Source: a virus. From it: 64,000 bases of DNA. Positions 1 to 8,470 of the stretch are shown one piece after another. Each line of letters begins with the position of its first letter. The stretch's first letter is position 1. Position numbers and translations under genes: made by a program. Under the pieces are notes generated by a model. That model had not been told where the DNA came from and made no database searches. It was given only the letters and a program-made list of their open reading frames with translations. The DNA is taken from positions 32,001-96,000 of the IMG/VR virus record IMGVR_UViG_3300037423_000600. One strand, given 5' to 3'.

Positions 1-266
1 ACGGTGAGAAACCTTCATATTTCTTCTCCGAGCATGAAATTCGAGGCGATTGGATGCTGGTGGATAACAAAGCGGAAGTCCCTTGGATTACGCTAGTCGA
101 AGATAAGGTTCACCCGGCTACGATAAGCGGTCGGGTGGTCGATATCGAGGCGGTGGAGTATATCAGTGAGGTTGAGGGCATCACTGAGTATTTCGAGTCC
201 TATGAGGATGCGCTTCGGGATTACGTCAAACGTCTTTCCCGGTTTTACCTGCAACATCAGAAGTAA
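1..266 (+). CDS. hypothetical protein, 5'-truncated by window edge
   Basis: Frame of ORF 54..266 stays open back to position 3; stop at 264-266. Confidence 0.6.
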   Translation, partial: GEKPSYFFSEHEIRGDWMLVDNKAEVPWITLVEDKVHPATISGRVVDIEAVEYISEVEGITEYFESYEDALRDYVKRLSRFYLQHQK

Positions 267-444
267 GCAATAAGGTGGCCTCGTTCGAGGCCCACCGGAG
301 GACCCTGAGTACCATATCGGTTGTCTGCGGCCACCATTCCCAGACACGGTAGATTTGCTACCGACCTCCAAGGCCGAATATGGGTTCCCGACTCAGGGGC
401 CTCCGAAGGGTCTTGAACCCCAAGAAAGGAGGGTTGTCGGCAAG

Positions 445-672
445 ATGACAAGGTACGACACCCGGCTCCATGAAGAATACCGCAACAAGAACGGCCACAT
501 CCGAGTTTGTGGCCGGACGGGGAAGTATCTTATCTATTTGCACCCTATTGGCGGCGAAGTTCAGCAGATTGGGGACTTCGGCAGTAAGGGCGCGGCGGTG
601 AAGATAGCTAAAGAGTTAGCAGTTCGTAATAGGCTGGCCTTTAGCCCCCAAGAAAACGTGTACTACCACTAA
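445..672 (+). CDS. hypothetical protein
   Basis: RBS AAGGAGGG upstream of ATG 445; 75 aa. Confidence 0.65.
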   Translation: MTRYDTRLHEEYRNKNGHIRVCGRTGKYLIYLHPIGGEVQQIGDFGSKGAAVKIAKELAVRNRLAFSPQENVYYH

Positions 673-785
673 GATTACATAAGGAGGTATCCGGTACGAT
701 ACAAATTCTTTATCTCTAGTTGCCCTCCCGGGCCTATACTTATTACATGGGCCCGGGATGGCCCACCACACAGGAGGGATGAAGA

Positions 786-1280
786 ATGGTAATGAAATCG
801 ACACCTACGCCGCCCACGACAGGGCAGGTAATCCAGCGGGTTGAAAATCGGGTACTTCTTGAACAGGTTGCTTGGCAACTCAACCGCGTACCCAACGTCA
901 AATTCTTGTTGGTTTGGAACTTCAAATCGCCGGAGGACATCCGGACCTCGTTCACCAAGTATCGTCAGGGTGGCGGCCGGGAGGTTTTAGCGGTATTCAA
1001 ATCCGAGGTTTTTGAGGGGTATTCGGTCCTTGCGATTCAAGGCACCCCCAATTTCATGATGTTGCCTTCGCTTGGGTTCAATCCGGTGCGGCGGGATAAG
1101 GCCAACTGGAGGCCCCGCGTATGGCAATACTCGGACGAGGACGCGAAGGGATGGGGCGGCGGGCACGAAGGCCGGAACTACCGCAATTATGAAGTCGCGG
1201 ATAACTTCCGCTGGATGCCTTTCGACCAACTTATTGAGTTCATCCGGAAGGACTTCGAGATTTCGCTGATTTACAAGTGA
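786..1280 (+). CDS. hypothetical protein
   Basis: RBS AGGAGGG, upstream TATACT promoter, 164 aa ORF. Confidence 0.75.
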   Translation: MVMKSTPTPPTTGQVIQRVENRVLLEQVAWQLNRVPNVKFLLVWNFKSPEDIRTSFTKYRQGGGREVLAVFKSEVFEGYSVLAIQGTPNFMMLPSLGFNPVRRDKANWRPRVWQYSDEDAKGWGGGHEGRNYRNYEVADNFRWMPFDQLIEFIRKDFEISLIYK

Positions 1281-1340
1281 TTTTGCGGGCCCGGGGCGGC
1301 CCTACCGCCCCTCAAAATACATTCCTTGGAGGGAATCGAA

Positions 1341-1796
1341 ATGGAAAACGCTAAGACTATTGAAATCATCAACCAGCTTCGCCTCAACGTAGAAGCCCGT
1401 AAGCCACTGACTGTCACGCTGGCAAACGGGTTCTCGTTCCAAATCTCCGGCATCATCGGTACGATGGCCGACCTCGGCGGGCAGAAAGATTGCAACCTGA
1501 CCACCATCGTAGGCAACTTTAGTCCTACGGCATTGATGCAAGCCAATGACCAAATCATAGAGGCCGTACATAAGAGCCTTGAACAATTCGCTAAAACGAA
1601 TCCAGCGGCCGTCATCAGCGCAACGCTTGGCTTCATGCTCCGCAAGGCGGAGGAAGAAATGAGCCCTGAGGACCTGCTCTCCACACATCTTGCGTCTCAA
1701 ATGTCAACGAGCGGGAAGCCGAAAGGCATGGCCGACTTCGCCAAAATCGTCGCTCAAATGATGCAAGATGACGAGCCCGGCCGGAAGGCATACTAA
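1341..1796 (+). CDS. hypothetical protein
   Basis: RBS GGAGGG before ATG 1341; followed by hairpin 1803-1826. Confidence 0.75.
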   Translation: MENAKTIEIINQLRLNVEARKPLTVTLANGFSFQISGIIGTMADLGGQKDCNLTTIVGNFSPTALMQANDQIIEAVHKSLEQFAKTNPAAVISATLGFMLRKAEEEMSPEDLLSTHLASQMSTSGKPKGMADFAKIVAQMMQDDEPGRKAY

Positions 1797-1867
1797 TCTT
1801 GTGGGTGGGGATTTTGTCCCCACCCTTCCTAATCGCTAATCTTATACCAGCCTAAGGAGGCCGACCA

Positions 1868-2290
1868 ATGAACTACTCTAAAAGCAACGAGACTCCAGAT
1901 ATCCCAGACTTCAATCCCGCCCGGCGGGTTCACGTAACGACGAAATGCTTCCGAGCCAACCTAACTGACCCGAAGGAAACGCTGGAATCCTTTGATGCTT
2001 TCCTCGGTATGGGCATCGTTCGTACCAATGTGGGTGACCCGGCGGAGGGATTCGTAAGCTGTAATTCCCTTAACGGAGCCTTTAATACAAATGAAGTCGC
2101 TACGGCTTTAGGTTCCATGTTGGCCGCTGTAGTGTCGGGAACGAAGGATAAGCATAATCTCAACATCGAGCAGGTGTACGACTTGATTGGAGAAATGGCG
2201 GAACGCATCTTGTACACGGCGGCGGAGTATCACGGTATTGATATGGCGGCCATTGAGCGGGAAATTGAAGAGGAGGGTAATGCCCAATGA
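1868..2290 (+). CDS. hypothetical protein
   Basis: RBS AAGGAGG; ATGA overlap with next gene. Confidence 0.75.
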   Translation: MNYSKSNETPDIPDFNPARRVHVTTKCFRANLTDPKETLESFDAFLGMGIVRTNVGDPAEGFVSCNSLNGAFNTNEVATALGSMLAAVVSGTKDKHNLNIEQVYDLIGEMAERILYTAAEYHGIDMAAIEREIEEEGNAQ

Positions 2291-2691
2291 TTACAGTTAA
2301 CCCAAACGTATTGCTGGAAGTGGCGGAAGAGATTGAACAGGACGAGTATTACTCTGGTGCATCATGGTGGTTTCCAGAAAGACAGTGTGGCTGTGCCATG
2401 GTCCGGGTACTGTGCAAGACGACGGAGTTTGAAGCACGAGACAATACTTTCGGGTTTAGAGTCGAAGGATTTGCGGGCGGGCAATTTGTCATCGGCGGGG
2501 ATGTTGAACGTGCGGTAGCTTACGTAACAGGAGTACCCGATAAGATATGGGACAGCTTTAGAGGTTTCACCTTATACGCGGATAGATTCCAAACGGCAAG
2601 GGCTTTGAGAGAGATTGCCCAGACCGGGGAATTTACTTGGGACCCCAAAACCCGAGAAGAATATAATGCAAGATTTGAACTCAACTTGTGA
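2287..2691 (+). CDS. hypothetical protein, paralog 1 of a tandem pair (QCGCA motif)
   Basis: Similar to 2707..3120 (LLEVAxEIE...YSGAxWWxPxxQCGCA...DRFQTA/NRFETA). Confidence 0.8.
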   Translation: MITVNPNVLLEVAEEIEQDEYYSGASWWFPERQCGCAMVRVLCKTTEFEARDNTFGFRVEGFAGGQFVIGGDVERAVAYVTGVPDKIWDSFRGFTLYADRFQTARALREIAQTGEFTWDPKTREEYNARFELNL

Positions 2692-2706
2692 GGAGGGAAG
2701 CGAATA

Positions 2707-3120
2707 ATGATTATCGCGAATCGGGATATACTCTTAGAAGTGGCGGCGGAGATTGAAGCGTACGTGAACTACTCCGGAGCAGATTGGTGGTGTCCGGATA
2801 CCCAGTGTGGCTGTGCTATTGTCCGAACTCTCGGCAAGGTTACCGAATTAAAACAAAGTCCTCGGCATCAGCGTTCGGTGGTATTCGACATCAAAGATGA
2901 CGCGGGGCACCGCATAGTGGACCCCGTCTACGCTGTGGCTTTAGTGACAGGGCTATCCGATATAGTATGGAATGAGTTTTGTACCTTCTCCCTAGATGCA
3001 AATCGATTCGAGACGGCGGCGGCCCTGAGATATATACACCGTACCGGAGACTTTGATACCCACGAGTTCTGGAAAGAGTATAACCAGAACAATCCGGCGG
3101 GCGGGGAGGAGAACCAATGA
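2707..3120 (+). CDS. hypothetical protein, paralog 2 of a tandem pair
   Basis: RBS GAGGAGGG; homologous to 2287..2691. Confidence 0.8.
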   Translation: MIIANRDILLEVAAEIEAYVNYSGADWWCPDTQCGCAIVRTLGKVTELKQSPRHQRSVVFDIKDDAGHRIVDPVYAVALVTGLSDIVWNEFCTFSLDANRFETAAALRYIHRTGDFDTHEFWKEYNQNNPAGGEENQ

Positions 3121-3419
3121 GAACCTACTCCGTTATCCTTAAGAGTGGAGTCAGTCTACACGGACTGATTCCCTCCAACCGGACTAAATCTCTCGTCGGC
3201 TTGTGGATATGGGCCATGAAGAACCGCTACGGCGGGAAGTCCTCGGTGGTTTTAGACTTCCGGCAAACCAAGATCGCGGCGGAAGAGGTCGCTGTAATTA
3301 CCGAGGAAGGTATCGACGATACATACGACGAATTGGGCGGCGGGGACGATAACGAATGTCCCGATTGCGGTACCCGTACAGGACACCACCATAACGGATG
3401 CTCTCAGACCCTCGAGTAA
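3117..3419 (+). CDS. hypothetical protein with C-terminal CPDC..H..C zinc-finger-like motif
   Basis: ATGA overlap; CPDCGTRTGHHHNGC. Confidence 0.7.
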   Translation: MRTYSVILKSGVSLHGLIPSNRTKSLVGLWIWAMKNRYGGKSSVVLDFRQTKIAAEEVAVITEEGIDDTYDELGGGDDNECPDCGTRTGHHHNGCSQTLE

Positions 3420-3801
3420 CACGAAAGGTATTAAAAGATACCTTTTATTATATAAAAGCGGAAGTCTCCGGCTAAAACAGCTTGGGATTTCCGCTTTTTT
3501 CGTATCTACCCCAAAATAAGCCCCGAACTCGAAAAAAGCCTTATATATCAAGGGTTTTCGCCATTTCCACCGACCCACCCGGGCGGGCGGGAGGCGAAGC
3601 CGAAACCCTCAGTTCGGTTAACAGTAAGAAAGACACTGAATATAAGATAAACCCTTATAGAACAAGGACTTCCGCTCACCCACCCCGCCACACCTTTAGA
3701 CCTTTTAACTATTATAAGCATAGAAACCCTCCCTCTATGCATAGCGACACATGTATACAAGCCCCGATTTTTGTTCCCAACCGCCTCATTTGCTAATCAT
3801 T

Positions 3802-3936
3802 TTGCTAGCAAGGACCCAAGTTGCTAGCAGATTTGTTAACAAACGGGCTGTTAACATGCTTTAGTTGTTAACAAATGCCCTTGAAAGTTGTTAACAAGTC
3901 TGGTATTTTGTTAACAAGACACGAATTTGTTAACAA
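3802..3936. repeat. array of 8 palindromic boxes (TTGTTAACAA / TTGCTAGCAA type) overlapping a sigmaA-type promoter
   Basis: Boxes at 3802, 3821, 3833, 3848, 3865, 3888, 3908, 3927; TTGAAA-N17-TATTTT at 3881-3909. Confidence 0.85.
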
Positions 3937-3949
3937 AGGGGTTTTGTAT

Positions 3950-4288
3950 ATGAGCAAGAAACAGTTGGGTTCACGTATTCCGATGGAGTTATTTGATGAC
4001 TTGATGGCAAAGGCCGAGTCTTTGAACATGAGTCAGCAGGAAGCAACCGAGGCCGCCCTCCGGTTGTGGGTGTACGGAGAATTAGTTACGACTCCGATGA
4101 CCGAACAAGTCACGACTTCGCCTGCCGAGCCCGAGGAGGAAGAATATATTCTTCGCGGGGACCGGGCCAAGATGCGGAATCGGGACACCGAACAAGTTCA
4201 GATTCCGCACCCTGAATCTCTTCGAGGTAAGTATATAGCGGACAAGACCCGGAGGGGCCTGACCATAGATACGGTACTCAAAGATTAA
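3950..4288 (+). CDS. ribbon-helix-helix DNA-binding protein
   Basis: N-terminus KKQLGSRIPMELFDDLMAKAESLNMSQQEATEAALRLWV fits the CopG/Arc RHH pattern. Confidence 0.7.
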   Translation: MSKKQLGSRIPMELFDDLMAKAESLNMSQQEATEAALRLWVYGELVTTPMTEQVTTSPAEPEEEEYILRGDRAKMRNRDTEQVQIPHPESLRGKYIADKTRRGLTIDTVLKD

Positions 4289-4382
4289 AATTCCTTAACT
4301 CATGCACCCACCTGCGGGCCTATACTATAATTAGGTGGTCGGGCGGGAACCCCTACCACACTATCCCGTTGGAGGTTATGAT

Positions 4383-4961
4383 ATGAAAACCCATGATTGG
4401 AAAGCCCCGTTCGCCACGCCGGAACAAATCGCCGGAACTAAATTCGAGTCGGTGTATGACATCGCTACGGCCCGGAACGATGAATTGACCGGGTACATCC
4501 ACAAGCCTGTTCAGGTACACGCGACCAACGGTTCGCGGTCCATCCTCTTTGAAGCTTCCGCTACCCGGTATAACCTCATCGTGATTCCGAGCCCGGACGG
4601 GAACCTGCTGGTGATGGATGGCGAAGGACGTTGGATTCACCCCATCCGCCGACACCACACCTTTAGCCTCGACCAACTGGAAAACGCGGTGGCGGACCTG
4701 ATGGGGAATCCGAAAGTCAGCTATCTCGACGCAGTACATATTATGAATGCGGTCTACTTCCTCCTGACTTCGACCATCTGGGCCATCACGTTCAAGAACG
4801 TGGATTTCCAACTAGACGATGACGGCCATCCCTACTCGACGGTTGAGGTTCAGAAATATTGTTTGGCCGGAACGCATGAAGATGTCTACGAGGATATGCT
4901 GTCGGTATGCGAGGACGGCGGGCAGGGATACGAATATGAGGAAGTCCCTTTAGAATGGTAA
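4383..4961 (+). CDS. hypothetical protein
   Basis: Promoter GGGCCTATACT at ~4316, RBS GGAGG, terminator at 4963-4980. Confidence 0.75.
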   Translation: MKTHDWKAPFATPEQIAGTKFESVYDIATARNDELTGYIHKPVQVHATNGSRSILFEASATRYNLIVIPSPDGNLLVMDGEGRWIHPIRRHHTFSLDQLENAVADLMGNPKVSYLDAVHIMNAVYFLLTSTIWAITFKNVDFQLDDDGHPYSTVEVQKYCLAGTHEDVYEDMLSVCEDGGQGYEYEEVPLEW

Positions 4962-5179
4962 TCCCGCTCCGGCGGGTTTTGTCTCCAAGAAGGGGTGGGG
5001 TTGTATCAATCCTGCCCCTTCTTTTTGTCCCCTCAAATTTACGTCTTGTATCTGCCCTAGCCCACCGATTTTTTGTCTCCCCTGAGAGCGTCCTAGTATC
5101 AATTATATGTATCGTTCTCCGTCTCAACGAATAAAAATCGATTTAAACGGCTCTGAGAAGCCGAAAACGTGTTCGTATT

Positions 5180-5276
5180 AAGTACAGAATCCGCCCTTGT
5201 CCACTGGAGATGGACAGAATAAGTACAGAATCCGCCTTTTGTCCTTCTGGAGTGGACAGAACAAGTACAGAATCCG
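5180..5276. repeat. three direct repeats AAGTACAGAATCCG (period 41-42 bp) separated by TGTCC...GGACA hairpins
   Basis: Copies at 5180, 5221, 5263. Confidence 0.85.
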
Positions 5277-5373
5277 ATTTAAGTTCTTTTCCAGAGGACA
5301 ACACAAGAAGAACGAAGGGGTCTATAATAAAAGGACCGGGCGGGAACCCGGAAACAAATTGGAGGCGGTTCAG

Positions 5374-5628
5374 ATGAAAGAATTGATTACTAATTTTGAT
5401 GCAGGTTTGGTACATCCTTTGCGGGATGGGCGGGCTCCGGTTATTGACTTGGGTTCGCAGGGAACATGGAAGCTGACGAAGGTAGCGCATTTTCGATGCA
5501 CCCGATGCGGAAAAGTGTATCTCAACTGCCAAGATTATCGCCTGTATCTTTCCCCTTACGATGTCGTGGACGCGCCCTATCGGTCGGAGGGTCTTTGCAA
5601 CAAGTGTATTGATTGGTTGCATGATTGA
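5374..5628 (+). CDS. hypothetical zinc-finger protein (CxxC ... CxxC)
   Basis: RBS GGAGG; CTRC and CNKC motifs; terminator follows. Confidence 0.7.
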   Translation: MKELITNFDAGLVHPLRDGRAPVIDLGSQGTWKLTKVAHFRCTRCGKVYLNCQDYRLYLSPYDVVDAPYRSEGLCNKCIDWLHD

Positions 5629-5785
5629 GGGGTGGGGCTCCGGCCCCGCTTTTTATTTTCGGCGGGCGGGCACGAACACGTCACGATTCCGTTTCCTCAA
5701 ACAACAGGGTCTTAAGAATCCCTTTAGGCTTTATACTATAAATAGGCCCAAGGGAAAGGGCACTAAAACATTGGAGGTTTTACAT

Positions 5786-6022
5786 ATGAATTTGTCACTG
5801 GTGGTTCAACATTTGGTAGCACAAGAGAAGGCCAACGGCTCCGATATGGCGGCGGAGGCTTTAGGGAAATTGCTTGAGGAAACTTCGATTGTCTATTACG
5901 AGTACATGACCGAAGAAGAAATCGCCCAATACATTTTTGATGTCTACTTCGATGACCGCATCACTCATTTGCAGAATGGACTTAGCCGGACGGCGGGCGA
6001 GGTTACGATTGTCAGAAACTAA
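5786..6022 (+). CDS. hypothetical protein
   Basis: Promoter TATACT ~5732, RBS GGAGG, terminator 6028-6050. Confidence 0.75.
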   Translation: MNLSLVVQHLVAQEKANGSDMAAEALGKLLEETSIVYYEYMTEEEIAQYIFDVYFDDRITHLQNGLSRTAGEVTIVRN

Positions 6023-6181
6023 CGGCAGGCGGGGCTTCGGCTCCGCTTTTGCTTTACCCTAAACGGCAAGAGTAAGTAACGAACTCGCCCCAAGTTGTTT
6101 ACTCAAGTTGTCGGGCGGGGTCTATAATATAACTATAAGGGGTTCGGGACTCCTTAAACTTATTATTTTGGAGGAATGGAA

Positions 6182-6457
6182 ATGGATAACATGGAGGAAA
6201 CATTGGGATTGGTACTCACTTATTTTAAATCACTTCAATCTATCTTGGAATTGGCGGAAGGTAAAAAGGATTGGGAATTGGTCCAAACGGTTAGGGCTTC
6301 CTTGGAGGATATGGAGGTTGACTTGGGTTGGGATTACGGGGAATCGGATAAAACAGGCATCCAACAATGGCAAGGCGGAATGGACCGGGCGGAAGGGAAT
6401 TTCGGACATATTACGGAAATTCAAAACTTATCTCAAAAATTAAAGGCCGGGGAATAA
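6182..6457 (+). CDS. small acidic early protein; coding strand has only one lone G
   Basis: Promoter TATAAT ~6123, RBS GGAGG, terminator 6446-6476. Confidence 0.8.
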   Translation: MDNMEETLGLVLTYFKSLQSILELAEGKKDWELVQTVRASLEDMEVDLGWDYGESDKTGIQQWQGGMDRAEGNFGHITEIQNLSQKLKAGE

Positions 6458-6604
6458 TCCCGGTCTTTTTCTTTTCCTTCTATTATATAAGACACGACCT
6501 CGCCGGGCGGGGACAGGATTCTACAAATTACACAAGCCTTTAGGGCTATGGTATTATTTAAACATGGGCAGGGAACCCATAAACAACACATTGGAGGTAT
6601 TACG

Positions 6605-6877
6605 ATGCAGGGAACTATGGACAAATTGATTGAGGACCAACGCGAGTATGGAAAGGGTCTTATGACACGGGAGGAAAAATTGAGTCCCAATCCGATTCAA
6701 ACTAAATACAACGGGCGGAAGGTTTGGGTGGACGGCTACGGCTGGGGAACCATCAAAGGCGGATATCTTAACGACAGGCATCATATTTTCATCTTCTCGG
6801 CTTTTCATATCCACTTCGCTTCAGGTATCAAAACTACCATCTACGCCGCAAACATTCGGAAAATGGCTCGGGCTTAA
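6605..6877 (+). CDS. hypothetical protein
   Basis: Promoter TGGTATTAT ~6549, RBS GGAGG. Confidence 0.7.
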   Translation: MQGTMDKLIEDQREYGKGLMTREEKLSPNPIQTKYNGRKVWVDGYGWGTIKGGYLNDRHHIFIFSAFHIHFASGIKTTIYAANIRKMARA

Positions 6878-6904
6878 TGCCCGGGTCTTACTCGGAGGGG
6901 AACC

Positions 6905-7048
6905 ATGGGACGACCGGAATCCAGACCACAACCACAAGATACCGACTTTGATGAAATGGACGGGACAGGAATTAGACGTTGGGAACTCCTTCTCGGCATC
7001 ACGACTATCCTTATCGCCAGCTATACCTTAATCGCCCTCTATCCTTGA
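6905..7048 (+). CDS. small membrane protein (47 aa)
   Basis: RBS GGAGGGG; hydrophobic C-terminus LLLGITTILIASYTLIAL; terminator follows. Confidence 0.55.
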   Translation: MGRPESRPQPQDTDFDEMDGTGIRRWELLLGITTILIASYTLIALYP

Positions 7049-7394
7049 GGGCTTTTTTCTTACACCGAACCAAGTAATTTTCACGACACCTTTCCATAGA
7101 TTATACGCTCGGGGTATATTATAACTATCCCGGGAGGGCTTTACCAAAGGCTCTTATCGGGAACCTCCAATACATCGGCCCGGCAGGGATTCCCGACATT
7201 AACCGATTCGCGGTTACTGTACCCGCCGGGCCACAATTTTGTGCCAAATTCATAGACATCTAGTATCCCTCCCTTGCCCTCCGATTTTTGTATCCCCCAG
7301 AAGAAGCCCTAGTAGCTATACATGCCTCGTTCTCAAAAGATTTCACGAATGTAAAACTTTACAAGACTAAAGGATTCAAACCGTAAAACCTATA

Positions 7395-7424
7395 TTATAC
7401 CATAAAACAGGCCCTTCGGTCAAG
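7395..7424 (-). promoter_or_regulatory. leftward sigmaA-type promoter
   Basis: Minus strand reads TTGACC-N18-TATAAT with extended -10 TG. Confidence 0.65.
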
Positions 7425-7587
7425 GAGTCTAGGCAATAAATTTTTTCTTTCACGGACAGGCAAGGCAATAAAAAACATTATTCAAAAAGGACTTCTCAAA
7501 AACCCTTATAAGGCATATAATAGGTAATAGGTAAGGCGGGCCGGGCGGGAATCCACCCCTTACACTAACCTATTGGAGGGAATACAA

Positions 7588-8430
7588 ATGGCAAAAACAA
7601 ACGGCAAGGCAAACGGCGGGAAAAAGGTAACACCAAAAAAGGTAACACCAAAAAAGGTAACACTCCCGGAGGCTCTCAAATTACCGGAAACGGCGGGCCC
7701 GGAGGCAAACGGGGAATACTTCTACTTAACGGATACGGAGGCAAAAACGGCGGGCGGGACGGCTTTAGGCACACCGGAGGACTTGGCTAAGGCTATCCAA
7801 CAAACGGAGGAGGAAAAGGAAAAGGCTATCAAATTTATTTACGGGCCGGGCGGCCAAACATGGTCCATTCTTCCAATCCTCTTGGACCGGAAGGTTAATC
7901 CTTTCTTGGATACCCACTTCCCCATTACGGCCGGGCGGGTAACACAACAAACACTGGAGGAATGGAAAAAGGCTAACGGCACCATTACCATCATACCTAT
8001 CCAAGGCGGGGAATGGACATTTTACACGGTGGCAATACTTCCGGCCAAACAAACCACAATCAAACCTTGGGAATTAAAATGGGGACGGGAAACAGGCAAT
8101 TTCCTTCAATACACGGAATACAAGGAGGCGGAAAAAGGCATCATGGTAACACCCCAACAATACCTCATTACTAACATTACAACTAACCGGGGAAAGGCTA
8201 TCAATCAGGCTAAGGCATTGGGTAAGGTATTCAAATTGGATACCTCCACGGTGGAGGATAAGGCTAAGGTAACTTACACCATCACACCGGAAGGAAAAAT
8301 CCTACAGGCTAACAAAAATAACGGATTGGACAAAAAGGAATATAACTCTATCTCGGATATTATCGGACGGCAGGCAACCAAACATTATACATGGAATAAC
8401 TTGGTCAAGGCTTATACAGGCCGGGCTTAA
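7588..8430 (+). CDS. early protein of unknown function (280 aa); coding strand has no lone G
   Basis: Promoter TATAAT ~7516, RBS GGAGGG, KKVTP tandem repeat at N-terminus, terminator 8433-8470. Confidence 0.85.
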   Translation: MAKTNGKANGGKKVTPKKVTPKKVTLPEALKLPETAGPEANGEYFYLTDTEAKTAGGTALGTPEDLAKAIQQTEEEKEKAIKFIYGPGGQTWSILPILLDRKVNPFLDTHFPITAGRVTQQTLEEWKKANGTITIIPIQGGEWTFYTVAILPAKQTTIKPWELKWGRETGNFLQYTEYKEAEKGIMVTPQQYLITNITTNRGKAINQAKALGKVFKLDTSTVEDKAKVTYTITPEGKILQANKNNGLDKKEYNSISDIIGRQATKHYTWNNLVKAYTGRA

Positions 8431-8432
8431 TC

Positions 8433-8470
8433 CAAAAAAAGGAAATTCTCTTCGGGGAATTTCCTTTTTT
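8433..8470 (+). terminator. intrinsic terminator, possibly bidirectional
   Basis: AAAAAAGGAAATTCTC-TTCG-GGGAATTTCCTTTTTT. Confidence 0.8.

Noticed and set aside
5180-5276. CRISPR array
   Set aside because: The repeat is only 14 bp, the intervening sequences resemble each other instead of being unique spacers, and no cas genes are present
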